Position numbers and translations under genes: made by a program. DNA of 63,435 nucleotides from IMG/VR virus record IMGVR_UViG_3300033146_005951, positions 1 to 63,435 of that record. One strand, given 5' to 3'. The stretch comes from a virus. Lineage: Duplodnaviria; Caudoviricetes. The notes below the pieces were generated by a model that searched no databases, was not told the DNA's origin, and saw only the letters and a list, made by a program, of their open reading frames with translations. How positions within the stretch are numbered: position 1 is the stretch's first letter; each line of letters starts with the position of its first letter. Of the stretch, positions 1 to 9,281 are shown in pieces.

Positions 1-136
1 ACCGGCAAAACCAGCAGTAGCACAACCAGCAGTAGCACAACCAGCAACAGCACAACCAGCAACAGCACAACCAGCAACAGCAAAACCAGCAACAGCACAA
101 CCAGCAACAGCACAACCAGCAACAGCACAACCAGCA
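1..136 (+). repeat. 15-bp tandem repeat (accagcaacagcaca and variants), about 9 copies, encoding PA(T/V)A(Q/K)
   Basis: Seen directly; in frame with the first CDS. Confidence 0.95.
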
Positions 137-1075
137 GCCCCTGCAGTCGATTTTTCATTTAGTAATGCTCTTGAAAAGTTTAAGGAGCAAGGCCGTGCAG
201 AAGTAAATGTAATGCAAAGACAGCCATTGCAGTATCTTAAAGCAGGTGATGTCCATAAATTAAGGATTGTACCTGGAGTTGAAAATCCTATTGAATGGTT
301 TATGTCAATTAAACGCCATTATTTTGGTAACGCTACTATTGCTCCTCTACGTCGTCCTGGAGGTAGGCTTTCTTGTGTTTGTCCTGCAAGCATTGGCAAT
401 CAGCCTTGTTTTAGTGGGTCTATTCAATCTTACTTGGAAGCAATAGGATCATCCATTTCAGGTGAATTTGTTCCAAGAGATGCCGCTCTTGTAAATGCTT
501 ATCGTGCAAATGAAGCAGAACCTCAGCTTTTTCCTTTTTTAATAACAAAGACTAATATCGGTCAGCTTGTTGATTTATGGAAAGAAGGTTATGTATTTTT
601 TCATCCTGAGCAAGGTTTTTCTGTTACATTTAAACCAGTAGAGGGCATGAGTTTATTTACTATAACACCAGATGCTATGAAACAATCACCTTTACCTTCG
701 GGGATAATGAGTTCTGCAAAGGCTTTAACTGAAGTAGCAGAGTCTTTGTTGATTCCTTATGATACTTTAAAAAGTTGGTTTACTGATCCTTTAGTTCGTG
801 CTGTAGATCATTTTGTAAGCACAGGTGAAGCTTTGCCTTTAAATTTAAATACGCAACAGTTTAATTCAACACCAGCGGCTCAATCAACACCAGCGGCTCA
901 ATCAACACCAGCGGCTCAATCAACACCAGCGGCTCAATCAACACCAGCTCTAACTGAGGATCTTCCTTTTACGCCTGATAATAACGTACCTATTCAAGTT
1001 AATGATAATCAAACTAATGGGGGGTTTTTGGACCAATTAAAGACTAAGATGGATAAGCTTCAAGGACAGCAGTAA
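2..1075 (+). CDS. 5'-partial protein, probable phage single-stranded DNA-binding protein (T4 gp32-like) with Pro/Ala/Thr/Gln low-complexity arms
   Basis: The frame of ORF 212..1075 is open back to position 2 (PAKPAVAQPATAQ...). Core 'KLRIVPG..WFMSIKRHYF..SCVCP..PCF' resembles gp32-type Zn-binding SSBs, and the gene lies next to recA. Family call is inference. Confidence 0.45.
   Translation, partial: PAKPAVAQPAVAQPATAQPATAQPATAKPATAQPATAQPATAQPAAPAVDFSFSNALEKFKEQGRAEVNVMQRQPLQYLKAGDVHKLRIVPGVENPIEWFMSIKRHYFGNATIAPLRRPGGRLSCVCPASIGNQPCFSGSIQSYLEAIGSSISGEFVPRDAALVNAYRANEAEPQLFPFLITKTNIGQLVDLWKEGYVFFHPEQGFSVTFKPVEGMSLFTITPDAMKQSPLPSGIMSSAKALTEVAESLLIPYDTLKSWFTDPLVRAVDHFVSTGEALPLNLNTQQFNSTPAAQSTPAAQSTPAAQSTPAAQSTPALTEDLPFTPDNNVPIQVNDNQTNGGFLDQLKTKMDKLQGQQ
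866..948 (+). repeat. 18-bp tandem repeat tcaacaccagcggctcaa x4.6, encoding STPAAQ
   Basis: Exact copies at 866, 884, 902 and 920, partial at 938. Confidence 0.95.
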
Positions 1076-1087
1076 AGTTGCAGTTTA

Positions 1088-1129
1088 ATTAAATGTAGCG
1101 CTACATTTAATAAATAAGTGTAGCGCTAA
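1088..1129. promoter_or_regulatory. 24-bp perfect palindrome attaaatgtagcgctacatttaat plus a second partial site tgtagcgcta; candidate operator or hairpin upstream of recA
   Basis: Palindrome at 1088-1111; core repeated at 1119-1128. Confidence 0.5.
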
Positions 1130-1152
1130 TTAATAAAGGATAGAAAAGTTTT

Positions 1153-2376
1153 ATGGATATTATATCAGTTCGTGATACGTTAGGAGCCGCACCAATTGTC
1201 TCTGCAATTCCTACAATTCCCACAGGAATACATTTAGTAGATGATTTATTAGGTGGAGGCATCGCAGTAGGCAGGACAGTAAGTATAATAGGAAAAGGGG
1301 GTTCAGGTAAATCAACCTTATTGTATGGATTATTGCATAATGTAATTCGTATGGGAGGCTTTGCTATTTTAATTGATCCAGAGCATGCCTATTATGACCA
1401 ACGAATGCATGAGTTAGGTTATAGTGCTTTAAGTAATAAAATACTTTTGTTTAATACTATTACAGTTGATTCTCTATTTAATCAATTTCAAACAATCATT
1501 GATACTGTTATTAAAGTCCCTGGATATAAATTTGGAGTAATTGTTATTGATACTTTTTCTGATTTACCTTCAGAGCAAGAGATGTCAAGTGGGACACCTG
1601 GTATCGGTATTCATGCAAGATTTGCTTCTCTTTTTTTTAGAAATGCATTAAAAATTATGGCTCAAACAAATATGACAGTCATATTTGTTTGTCATGAGAA
1701 AACTAAAATTTCTACTTTTCCAGGTGGTGGTATGGCAGGTTATGGCTATATTGCTCAGAATGCAATTTTTGCCAATGCATTTCAAGAATTTAGAATGATA
1801 CGTACTACTCAAATCAAAAGTGGGACTAATTCAGTAGGTTTTAAAGTTAAAGTAGATGTACGTAAAAATAAGTTAGCTCCACCTTTTCGTGATGTAGTCT
1901 TAGATTATTATTATCAGTTTGGTTATGATCGAGCAAAGAATATTTTAGATGGTTTAATTTTAAAAGGATTGGCTAGTAAAAAAGGTGGATGGTATACTTT
2001 ATATAATGATGAAAAATTTCAGTTAGGTAGTATACGACAAAACGTTGAGTTATTAAATAATCTTGAAGATTTGCTTGTAAATGGAATTACACAAGTTGAA
2101 TTATCAAAAGAAGATATTGCACGAGCAACTGCTATTTTACAATCATTCGTTAAATGTGGTTTAGCTGAAGTTTTAACTGAAGATTCATTTAAACTGCAAA
2201 ACTCAGAGATTATGTCTATTGAATGTTTGGCGGGCAATAATGAATTAATGGATCAATATACTGATATACTTGATCAAGTTACAAATACAAATAATAAAGA
2301 TGATGAAGCAACCAATGTTGAAAGTTCATCATTAGATAATGAGTTAGAAGATTCTGGTATAAGTCAGGAGATTTAG
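1153..2376 (+). CDS. recA: RecA/UvsX-like recombinase
   Basis: TGIHLVDDLLGGGIAVGR, Walker A GKGGSGKST, IDPEHA, Walker B VIVIDT, KNKLAPPFR, KKGGWY, acidic tail. Confidence 0.92.
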   Translation: MDIISVRDTLGAAPIVSAIPTIPTGIHLVDDLLGGGIAVGRTVSIIGKGGSGKSTLLYGLLHNVIRMGGFAILIDPEHAYYDQRMHELGYSALSNKILLFNTITVDSLFNQFQTIIDTVIKVPGYKFGVIVIDTFSDLPSEQEMSSGTPGIGIHARFASLFFRNALKIMAQTNMTVIFVCHEKTKISTFPGGGMAGYGYIAQNAIFANAFQEFRMIRTTQIKSGTNSVGFKVKVDVRKNKLAPPFRDVVLDYYYQFGYDRAKNILDGLILKGLASKKGGWYTLYNDEKFQLGSIRQNVELLNNLEDLLVNGITQVELSKEDIARATAILQSFVKCGLAEVLTEDSFKLQNSEIMSIECLAGNNELMDQYTDILDQVTNTNNKDDEATNVESSSLDNELEDSGISQEI

Positions 2377-2377
2377 A

Positions 2378-3112
2378 ATGGCAAGAGACAAAGAGATTAT
2401 GATACAAAAGCATAAGATGGCTTATTTAGCACATAAAAGTGGTATGCGAACAGAAGAGATAGCTAATCGTTTAGGTGTAGCTAATACAACCATAACAAGT
2501 TGGCGTTCTAATAATATGAAATGTATTTGCCCGTGGCATAATTGGAGTGTGTTGATTACTCTTGATACTCCAGTTAATCATAGACGTGCTTTTGCTTTAG
2601 CAAGTACAGGACATAGTTTTAAAGATATAGGTTCAGGTTTAGGCGTACCTTCAGAGTTAGTTGAAGAATGGAGTATAAAGAGTTTTCCTTGTACTTGTGG
2701 TTGTCATGATTGGGGTTTAAATGCCAATACAGAAGAAGCTCCATCTGCAGATCTTGTAGATATTAAAAATGAAAGTATGACTTCAATTGCGCCAGTTCCA
2801 ATAAATACCCCGGTATTAGATGCACAAACAACTACATTACATGTCACAATGCATGCTTTATCTGTAGCAGTGCAAAAAGAGGCTGTAGTGCCTAGGTCAT
2901 GGAAGGATGTCTTAGACACATTAAAGACAGTATCTGAAATAATTAAAGATTTGGCTCCTAAGATTCCTGTAGTAAGTCCAGATAAAGTAGCTAAATTTAG
3001 TCGCACAGAAACTTTTGAGATTCCAGGAGATCAGCAAAATTCTGTTGGTGAGGAGGCAATTAATTTAGCAACACAATTAAAGAAAGTTGCTACTAGCGGT
3101 GTAATAAAATGA
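2378..3112 (+). CDS. Protein with two tandem HTH + CxCxxHxW units; candidate terminase small subunit
   Basis: 'EEIANRLGVANTTITSW..CICPWHNW' and 'KDIGSGLGVPSELVEEW..CTCGCHDW'; lies upstream of TerL. Confidence 0.5.
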   Translation: MARDKEIMIQKHKMAYLAHKSGMRTEEIANRLGVANTTITSWRSNNMKCICPWHNWSVLITLDTPVNHRRAFALASTGHSFKDIGSGLGVPSELVEEWSIKSFPCTCGCHDWGLNANTEEAPSADLVDIKNESMTSIAPVPINTPVLDAQTTTLHVTMHALSVAVQKEAVVPRSWKDVLDTLKTVSEIIKDLAPKIPVVSPDKVAKFSRTETFEIPGDQQNSVGEEAINLATQLKKVATSGVIK

Positions 3113-3501
3113 AAACAGTTGCTATTATTGATGATGATTTAAATATTAGAAATTTACTATATAATTATTTAAAGAATAGTGAGTTCAAGTTGATAGGTGA
3201 AGAGTCAGGTATTGGCTTTATAAAGTTATTTAAGTCTTATAAGGGACATATTGATATTTTAGTTTTAGATATTATTATTCCTGATTTAATTACATTGAAA
3301 AGTTTTTTTCAAGACACTTCAAATTTTAATATGAATGTGCTTATAATTACTGGCTATAATTTTAATAAAAATTTAATTAAAGAATTACAAATAGTGGGTA
3401 GTAATAAAATTTTTGATTTACTACATAAGCCTTTTTCAAAACAAGTTTTCTTGGAAGCACTACGAAAGCATAAAAATTTAGAAATAACTGGAGCGTTATA
3501 A
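3109..3501 (+). CDS. Stand-alone response-regulator receiver (CheY-like) domain protein
   Basis: VAIIDDD, DILVLD (phospho-acceptor Asp), IITG and KPF motifs; ATGA overlap with the upstream gene. Confidence 0.88.
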   Translation: MKTVAIIDDDLNIRNLLYNYLKNSEFKLIGEESGIGFIKLFKSYKGHIDILVLDIIIPDLITLKSFFQDTSNFNMNVLIITGYNFNKNLIKELQIVGSNKIFDLLHKPFSKQVFLEALRKHKNLEITGAL

Positions 3502-3503
3502 CT

Positions 3504-5762
3504 ATGAGATGGTCATTTCCTCCAATAGAAACTATTAGCCCATATTTAATGGGTAATATGGAATTTGATTTACGAGACCCTCAAATTAAAGAACAAGTTA
3601 GAAATTTAATTTTTTATGATGATGAGTTTTTGTTTCGTACTTTATTGGGTTTAGATGATTCATTATTTTCTTACGATATCCATTCAAACTGGCTTCAGTT
3701 AGCAGAAAAAGATCGCAAGACTATGTTGTTAGCCCCAAGAGATTCTTTAAAATGCTTGCATCCATTAACACTTGTACCTAGTAAATTTGATTGTCATTAT
3801 TTAAAAGATTTACCTGAACAAACTCAAATTAGTTCTGTTTTTAATTCTCAAGAATCAAATGTTAATGTTAAAGGTACAAGTACTACTGATTATGTTATTC
3901 GAATAGTTGCAGATGATCCTTTTAATTTTTGGGTTCATGCATCTAGAGAACACGAGTTTTTTTGCTTTGATATGACCCGGTCCGAATTTGTTGTTATCAA
4001 AGCTGAAAATTTAGATGTCTCTAATCATCTTCCTCTTATATCCAAACCACCTAATTTTAAACCTTTCATTGAGGCTACAGATTCTATTTTAACTTTAATT
4101 GCTTCTGATACTATGAAGAAGTTTAATGCTGAAGGGAAAGTTGATAGCCGAATTTTTAATTTAAGTACTGATTCGTTTATTAAATTATTATCAAAATTAA
4201 AATTTAAACATGTTGATGATGTTAATCCATTTACTTTTAATACCATTCAAGTTTTAAAGTTTTACCATGGATTAATTAAAGGACCTCCTAATATATTATC
4301 TATTATAAAAGAGAAACTTATGCTTAAAAATAAACGTTCTTTAAGTATAGGTGAGATAGCATTTTTACTTGATGCAGATACAGACTTTAAACCAACACCC
4401 TTACAAACATCAGAAGGGACATATTTCACTAAATTAAAAAGTGTTGATCATATATCTATTGCGCCTGAAAGGTTTCAATTTGTAGATATTAATACTACAA
4501 ATAAGCATTATATTGCGAATGGGTTTGTGACACATAATTCAACAGTTCGTACAGTAGGTGGGATTCTTAGACGCGCTCTTAAAAATCCCGAGAAAAGGTA
4601 TGCTATTATTTCTGCTACGGGAAAATTGGCAAGCGGTTATGTTAGAAAAATAAAGCGTATTTGTGAATACAATCCTATAATTAGATATTGTTTTAATGAT
4701 GTGGTTAGTCCTGCAGATATAGTAAAGTGGTCCGGTGAAGCATTGGAATTTAAACGTAAATCAATATTTCCAGAACCGACGATTTGGAGTTTAGGGGTAG
4801 GTACAGACTTTACTGGATTTCATTTTGACGTGGCGTATTTTGAAGATTTAGTAACAATTAAACATAGGCATTCAGTAGCTTTACGTAAATCAACATGGGA
4901 TTGGTTTAAATTAACGGCAATTCCAGCATTGGATAGAAAGAGAGGGGAGGGTCATATTACAGGTACAAGATATCATTGGGATGATATGTATACTAAAATT
5001 ACTGAGATTGCTGAGTCATCTGGATCATGGAAAATATTGAGGCAGCCTGCTTGTGATGAGGATTTGTTAGCCCAAGGTATTTATAAATCGTTTTGGCCTG
5101 AAAGATTTTCTGAAGAAGAGTTGCAATCTATTCGTGAAGAGTATGGAGAAGAAACTTTTCAATTACAATATCAAGTTGCAGGGGGTATTGTATTAGGACA
5201 GAAAGAATATGTTCAAAAATTGCGAGATGCAATCATTCCTTTAGAGTCTAATGTAAAAGTTGTAGATCATGTACTTGGTGTTGATCTTGCAAGTAAGGGA
5301 TTAGCTGATTCGAGAGTTCCAACTCATAGAAAATCAAATTTTAGTATTACTGTGATCGGTAGGCATACTGAAACAGGTAAATATATCGTTTGTGATGTTA
5401 AGAGCATTAAAAGACCTTCTCTTAGCGATCAGCGAGAATATGTATATTCAGAATATACTACATATAATTGTTTAAGTGCAGGAATTGAATTCAATGCATA
5501 TCAGAATGTGTTTAAAGAGTATTTAGAAGAAGGTAGTACTCCAATTGGAATAAAACCAATTAAATCATTTAATTCAAAAGATGCCAGGCATGATTTTATT
5601 ATTGATTTAATTAAATCTGGGGGTTTATTTTTTCTTGAGGGAATGTGCCAACCTTTAATTGATGAGTTATTTACTTACCCTGAAAACACTGCAGATAGTA
5701 TTGATAGCTGTTTTTTTGCTTTAAAGGTCAGTATGCGTGATGTGAATCTTAGGTTTGTTTAA
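3504..5762 (+). CDS. terL: Terminase large subunit containing an intein
   Basis: Walker A APRDSLK|ST interrupted by the intein; Walker B FDVAYFEDL; motif ITGTRYHWDD; nuclease motifs LGVDLA, GIE and terminal DSIDS. Confidence 0.9.
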   Translation: MRWSFPPIETISPYLMGNMEFDLRDPQIKEQVRNLIFYDDEFLFRTLLGLDDSLFSYDIHSNWLQLAEKDRKTMLLAPRDSLKCLHPLTLVPSKFDCHYLKDLPEQTQISSVFNSQESNVNVKGTSTTDYVIRIVADDPFNFWVHASREHEFFCFDMTRSEFVVIKAENLDVSNHLPLISKPPNFKPFIEATDSILTLIASDTMKKFNAEGKVDSRIFNLSTDSFIKLLSKLKFKHVDDVNPFTFNTIQVLKFYHGLIKGPPNILSIIKEKLMLKNKRSLSIGEIAFLLDADTDFKPTPLQTSEGTYFTKLKSVDHISIAPERFQFVDINTTNKHYIANGFVTHNSTVRTVGGILRRALKNPEKRYAIISATGKLASGYVRKIKRICEYNPIIRYCFNDVVSPADIVKWSGEALEFKRKSIFPEPTIWSLGVGTDFTGFHFDVAYFEDLVTIKHRHSVALRKSTWDWFKLTAIPALDRKRGEGHITGTRYHWDDMYTKITEIAESSGSWKILRQPACDEDLLAQGIYKSFWPERFSEEELQSIREEYGEETFQLQYQVAGGIVLGQKEYVQKLRDAIIPLESNVKVVDHVLGVDLASKGLADSRVPTHRKSNFSITVIGRHTETGKYIVCDVKSIKRPSLSDQREYVYSEYTTYNCLSAGIEFNAYQNVFKEYLEEGSTPIGIKPIKSFNSKDARHDFIIDLIKSGGLFFLEGMCQPLIDELFTYPENTADSIDSCFFALKVSMRDVNLRFV
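3753..4538 (+). mobile_element. Intein of 262 aa (residues 84-345 of TerL)
   Basis: Starts CLHPLTLV; block B-like 'VHASREHEFF'; ends FVDINT..HYIANGFVTHN followed by Ser(+1); removal restores the Walker A K-S-T. Confidence 0.9.
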
Positions 5763-5774
5763 GAAGGTGTATAG

Positions 5775-6089
5775 GTGTTTAATATAGATTTTAAAAGTAA
5801 TCATGGGTTTAAATCATTTTTTGAGTCTATTTTAAGTAAAGTGAATGAGAAAGGTATTTCTTGGATTAAAACTACGTTTTCTTTGAGCAAAAATATTTCG
5901 CTTGAAATTAGTTATGTATTAATAAGCCAATATGCTTATACTTTTAGAGCTGCTATAATAGAAAATCAAGTAATAGTAAATCAAATATTTGATTCACAGA
6001 GTTTATTTAATGCGCTTAATCAATTAGAATTATTAGATAGTTTTTATGATGAAGTCATATTATGGTATTTAAATGGAGATAATAAATGA
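5775..6089 (+). CDS. Hypothetical protein
   Basis: ORF with GTG start after aaggtg, co-oriented in the operon. Confidence 0.6.
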   Translation: MFNIDFKSNHGFKSFFESILSKVNEKGISWIKTTFSLSKNISLEISYVLISQYAYTFRAAIIENQVIVNQIFDSQSLFNALNQLELLDSFYDEVILWYLNGDNK

Positions 6090-6382
6090 GTGATTTAAAA
6101 TGTGCAATTTTTGTTAAAGAAGAGTTAATATCTGATTTTAAAAATCTGCTTCTACCTGTTGAAGCTACTTTATTTGTTGACGGATTAAATTTATCTGAAC
6201 GAATGCAATGTCGTAGAGCGGCGAATGATCTTAATGTGGTCAATTTATTAGAGGAGCATGGGATTGTTTTAGTTATACAACAAGGATCTGTTCGTATTAG
6301 AGTTGCTGGTAATGAATCAATAGAACAGTATATTGAAGAGTTTCATAAAAACAAAACAGAAGTAAGCTTGGAGACATTTTAA
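6086..6382 (+). CDS. Hypothetical protein
   Basis: RBS ggag; start and stop overlap the neighbouring genes. Confidence 0.7.
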   Translation: MSDLKCAIFVKEELISDFKNLLLPVEATLFVDGLNLSERMQCRRAANDLNVVNLLEEHGIVLVIQQGSVRIRVAGNESIEQYIEEFHKNKTEVSLETF

Positions 6383-7659
6383 TGAAGTCTTTTATAAAGA
6401 AATCTATTGCTAAGTTTTTTCCTCGAGAATCATCTCAATCAAATGAGGATAGTCTTGTCGTCAGAGAAAGTTTCAGCGGAGAATCTTCGCCCTCATATTT
6501 TCCTAATTTATTTAATATCTATAAAACTAATTCATGGATCCATTCATCAACAAATCTTATAGTAAATTCTTGTGTAGTAGTGCCGATTCGTTTGCGGGAT
6601 AGGGTTAATAAAAAAGTACTTTCCCCTATTGAAGCAATTCCTATGGGTGCAGTATTAAAATACCCTAATCCCTATATGACTCAAATTGATTTAATGGAAA
6701 TGCTTTATTTGCATTTACAAGTCGTAGGTAATGCATTTTGGGAGTTGGTTGTTAGAGATAATAGATTAGTTGGTATTTATCCTTTGAATCCACTTTCTAT
6801 TGAGATAATTCCTGATAAACGTAAATATGTCAAAGAATATATTTATACTGCAGGAGCTTCTGATGTTAATTTTTTACCTGAACAAATTGTTCATTTTAAA
6901 TTTTCTGATCCGCAAAATGAATTTTGGGGTCAAGCACCAGTGGCTGTCACAATTCGTCAAGCTAGGTTAGAAGGTAAGATGAAAGATTTTGGTGAAAAGT
7001 TTTTCGATAATGATGCAACTCCCGGGGGAGTACTACGTACAGACAGAATATTATCAGATCCAACATACAATCGTTTAAAGAAGCGCTGGGACAATAGGCA
7101 TAAAGGAGTTCAACGAAAATTTAATACTGCTATTCTTGAAGATGGAATGAAATATGATAGGATTAGTGCTCCTTTGAATGAAGTTGATTTTTCTAATATC
7201 AAAACTAATATTAGAGATGAGATATTAGTTTCTGGAGGGGTACCTCCTACTTTATTAGGAGTCCCAGGAATTTCTAATTATGCTTCAGCTCGCGTTGCCC
7301 AATCGATTTTTTATGATTCGCATATTGCTCCAATTTTACGTAAGATTGCTGCAATAATGGATAAAGATATAATGAATCGTTTTGCTCCTCAATATGAAGT
7401 AGTTTTTGATACTTCAGTAGCTCCTGTTAATATTGTAAAATTGTCTGCTAACAGTAGAGTTGTTAGTAGGTTATATAAAGAAGATTTAATGACTAAAAAT
7501 GAAGCAAGAGCTTTTGTAGGGCTACCTCCAATCAATACTCCAAGTGGTGATGCCTTTAAGAGTGAAAAGAAATCTGCTGGTGGCGAGGAAGCAAATGCTG
7601 CATCAGGTGAGGTTGAACTTACTGGAGAAACTGAAGTTGCAGGACAACAAGGTAATTAA
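6382..7659 (+). CDS. HK97-family portal protein
   Basis: PNPYMT, GNAFWE, IVHFK...FWGQAP, FFDNDATPGGVL, ILEDGMKY, GVPP.LLG, MTKNEARAFVGLPP. Confidence 0.93.
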   Translation: MKSFIKKSIAKFFPRESSQSNEDSLVVRESFSGESSPSYFPNLFNIYKTNSWIHSSTNLIVNSCVVVPIRLRDRVNKKVLSPIEAIPMGAVLKYPNPYMTQIDLMEMLYLHLQVVGNAFWELVVRDNRLVGIYPLNPLSIEIIPDKRKYVKEYIYTAGASDVNFLPEQIVHFKFSDPQNEFWGQAPVAVTIRQARLEGKMKDFGEKFFDNDATPGGVLRTDRILSDPTYNRLKKRWDNRHKGVQRKFNTAILEDGMKYDRISAPLNEVDFSNIKTNIRDEILVSGGVPPTLLGVPGISNYASARVAQSIFYDSHIAPILRKIAAIMDKDIMNRFAPQYEVVFDTSVAPVNIVKLSANSRVVSRLYKEDLMTKNEARAFVGLPPINTPSGDAFKSEKKSAGGEEANAASGEVELTGETEVAGQQGN

Positions 7660-7661
7660 TA

Positions 7662-9269
7662 ATGAAACTTGAAGATATTATAAGTTCAGATTTATCAATA
7701 ATTGAGAATAGAGAAATATTGCATATGCACTTACGTGTTCATGAGTGGTATGCATCAAGTAAACTTTATGGTCAAAAATTAAAATTAACTTTTATTGGCA
7801 CTGGGGCTTTAAATTCACCTAGAATAGGTTCAAGTTTATTAATTGAGTTTGAAGGTATACGTGTTCAAATAGATGGTGAAAAGCCTGAAGATATTCAAGA
7901 GAATTTAGATGCTATATTAATTACGGATCCAGGAGCATGGAATGTGAAAGCTGCTAAAGAGGTTCAAGGTACAGTTGATACTTTTGAATATGAAGGGTTA
8001 AAGATAGAGCCTTTCAAAATATGCTATACAGATCGTGAAACTTTTGGTTATAAAATTGAAGTCGGAAACATCTCAGTAGCTTATATTCCTAAAATGTTTG
8101 AATGGCCTGAATGGGCTGAGGATATGAATTTAGCTATTGTGGATGGGTCTACATGGGATAGTGATATAAATTTTGCAGATAGAGCAGGTGGCCATAGATC
8201 ATTAAAGTCAATAGCAGAAGATGCACAAAAGCATAAAATGAGACAAGTAATAGCAACTCATATTGATAAAGATACTGAAGAAGCTCTTAGGGATAAGCGT
8301 AAAATTGAAAATATAGATTTTGTTGCAGATGGATCGTATCTGACATTTTCTGCAACAAAATCTTTTAAAGCAAGTATTGTAGAGGCACATTCTAAAATAT
8401 TCTTAGAGTTTATTAAACGTGGGCTTTATCACAGTACTCTTCCTAAAAGCAATCTTGATCGAGATCCGAGAGCTTTTCCTAAAATATCACAAGAATTATT
8501 TTCTCAGTTAATTAATGTTAATGCAAAAATAGGTGAGAATAATGTTCCAGCTGAATTTGAGCTTTGGCATAATTCTTTACATAACATTTGGATTGTATTA
8601 CGTAGGGTTGATCAAGTTATTTCTCCAAGTCAGGAATTATATGATGTTCATGATATGATAGTTAAGAAGTTATCTTCACATTTAATTTGGGACTCTTTGG
8701 ATAGCCATTGGACAGATATGTACAAAAATATGTCTTTTAGTAAAGGGCCTAATAATTTTATTTTATTGTATGAGATAATGAAATCTTTTCCTGAAAAAAT
8801 CAGTTTGGTTCCTGATGCAGTATTGTGCAATTCAGATTCAACATATATTGAAAAAGGTTTTCAGGGTTTATTTGGTGATATTATTAGAGTGAAGTTCTGC
8901 CATAGAAAAAATCTTATAATTATTAAAGATAAGCCAGAGAATTTAATGTATAAATACAGTTTATTTTTAGTTCGTGATAAGAATAAAAGCGGTGAAAACC
9001 AATTTGGATTATTTCCTGAACAAATTATGATTAGCAAGTCATTTTGTTATTTAATTGGAAGTATTGTGAATAATGGAATTTCACAAAATAGTGTTGATCT
9101 ATTACTTCGAAAAGGACTTTCTGATTGGTTATTTCAACATGTAGTTTCGAATTTGATTGTTGAATGTAATAGGAGAGATAAGTTACATATAATTGAAGAT
9201 GATGGGTTAGGCCCAAAATCAAATTTTTATAATTTATATAATTTAACTTTAGAGCGTGAATTCTGTTAG
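7662..9269 (+). CDS. Multidomain protein: metallo-beta-lactamase-like fold, His-rich helical segments and a C-terminal nucleotidyltransferase-like segment
   Basis: LTFIGTGA..SSLLIE..VQIDG, DAILITD, GGH and VIATHI (MBL-like, HxHxDH absent); YLIGSIV...NSVDLLL (Pol-beta NTase-like). Confidence 0.55.
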   Translation: MKLEDIISSDLSIIENREILHMHLRVHEWYASSKLYGQKLKLTFIGTGALNSPRIGSSLLIEFEGIRVQIDGEKPEDIQENLDAILITDPGAWNVKAAKEVQGTVDTFEYEGLKIEPFKICYTDRETFGYKIEVGNISVAYIPKMFEWPEWAEDMNLAIVDGSTWDSDINFADRAGGHRSLKSIAEDAQKHKMRQVIATHIDKDTEEALRDKRKIENIDFVADGSYLTFSATKSFKASIVEAHSKIFLEFIKRGLYHSTLPKSNLDRDPRAFPKISQELFSQLINVNAKIGENNVPAEFELWHNSLHNIWIVLRRVDQVISPSQELYDVHDMIVKKLSSHLIWDSLDSHWTDMYKNMSFSKGPNNFILLYEIMKSFPEKISLVPDAVLCNSDSTYIEKGFQGLFGDIIRVKFCHRKNLIIIKDKPENLMYKYSLFLVRDKNKSGENQFGLFPEQIMISKSFCYLIGSIVNNGISQNSVDLLLRKGLSDWLFQHVVSNLIVECNRRDKLHIIEDDGLGPKSNFYNLYNLTLEREFC

Positions 9270-9281
9270 AGGTATTTAATT

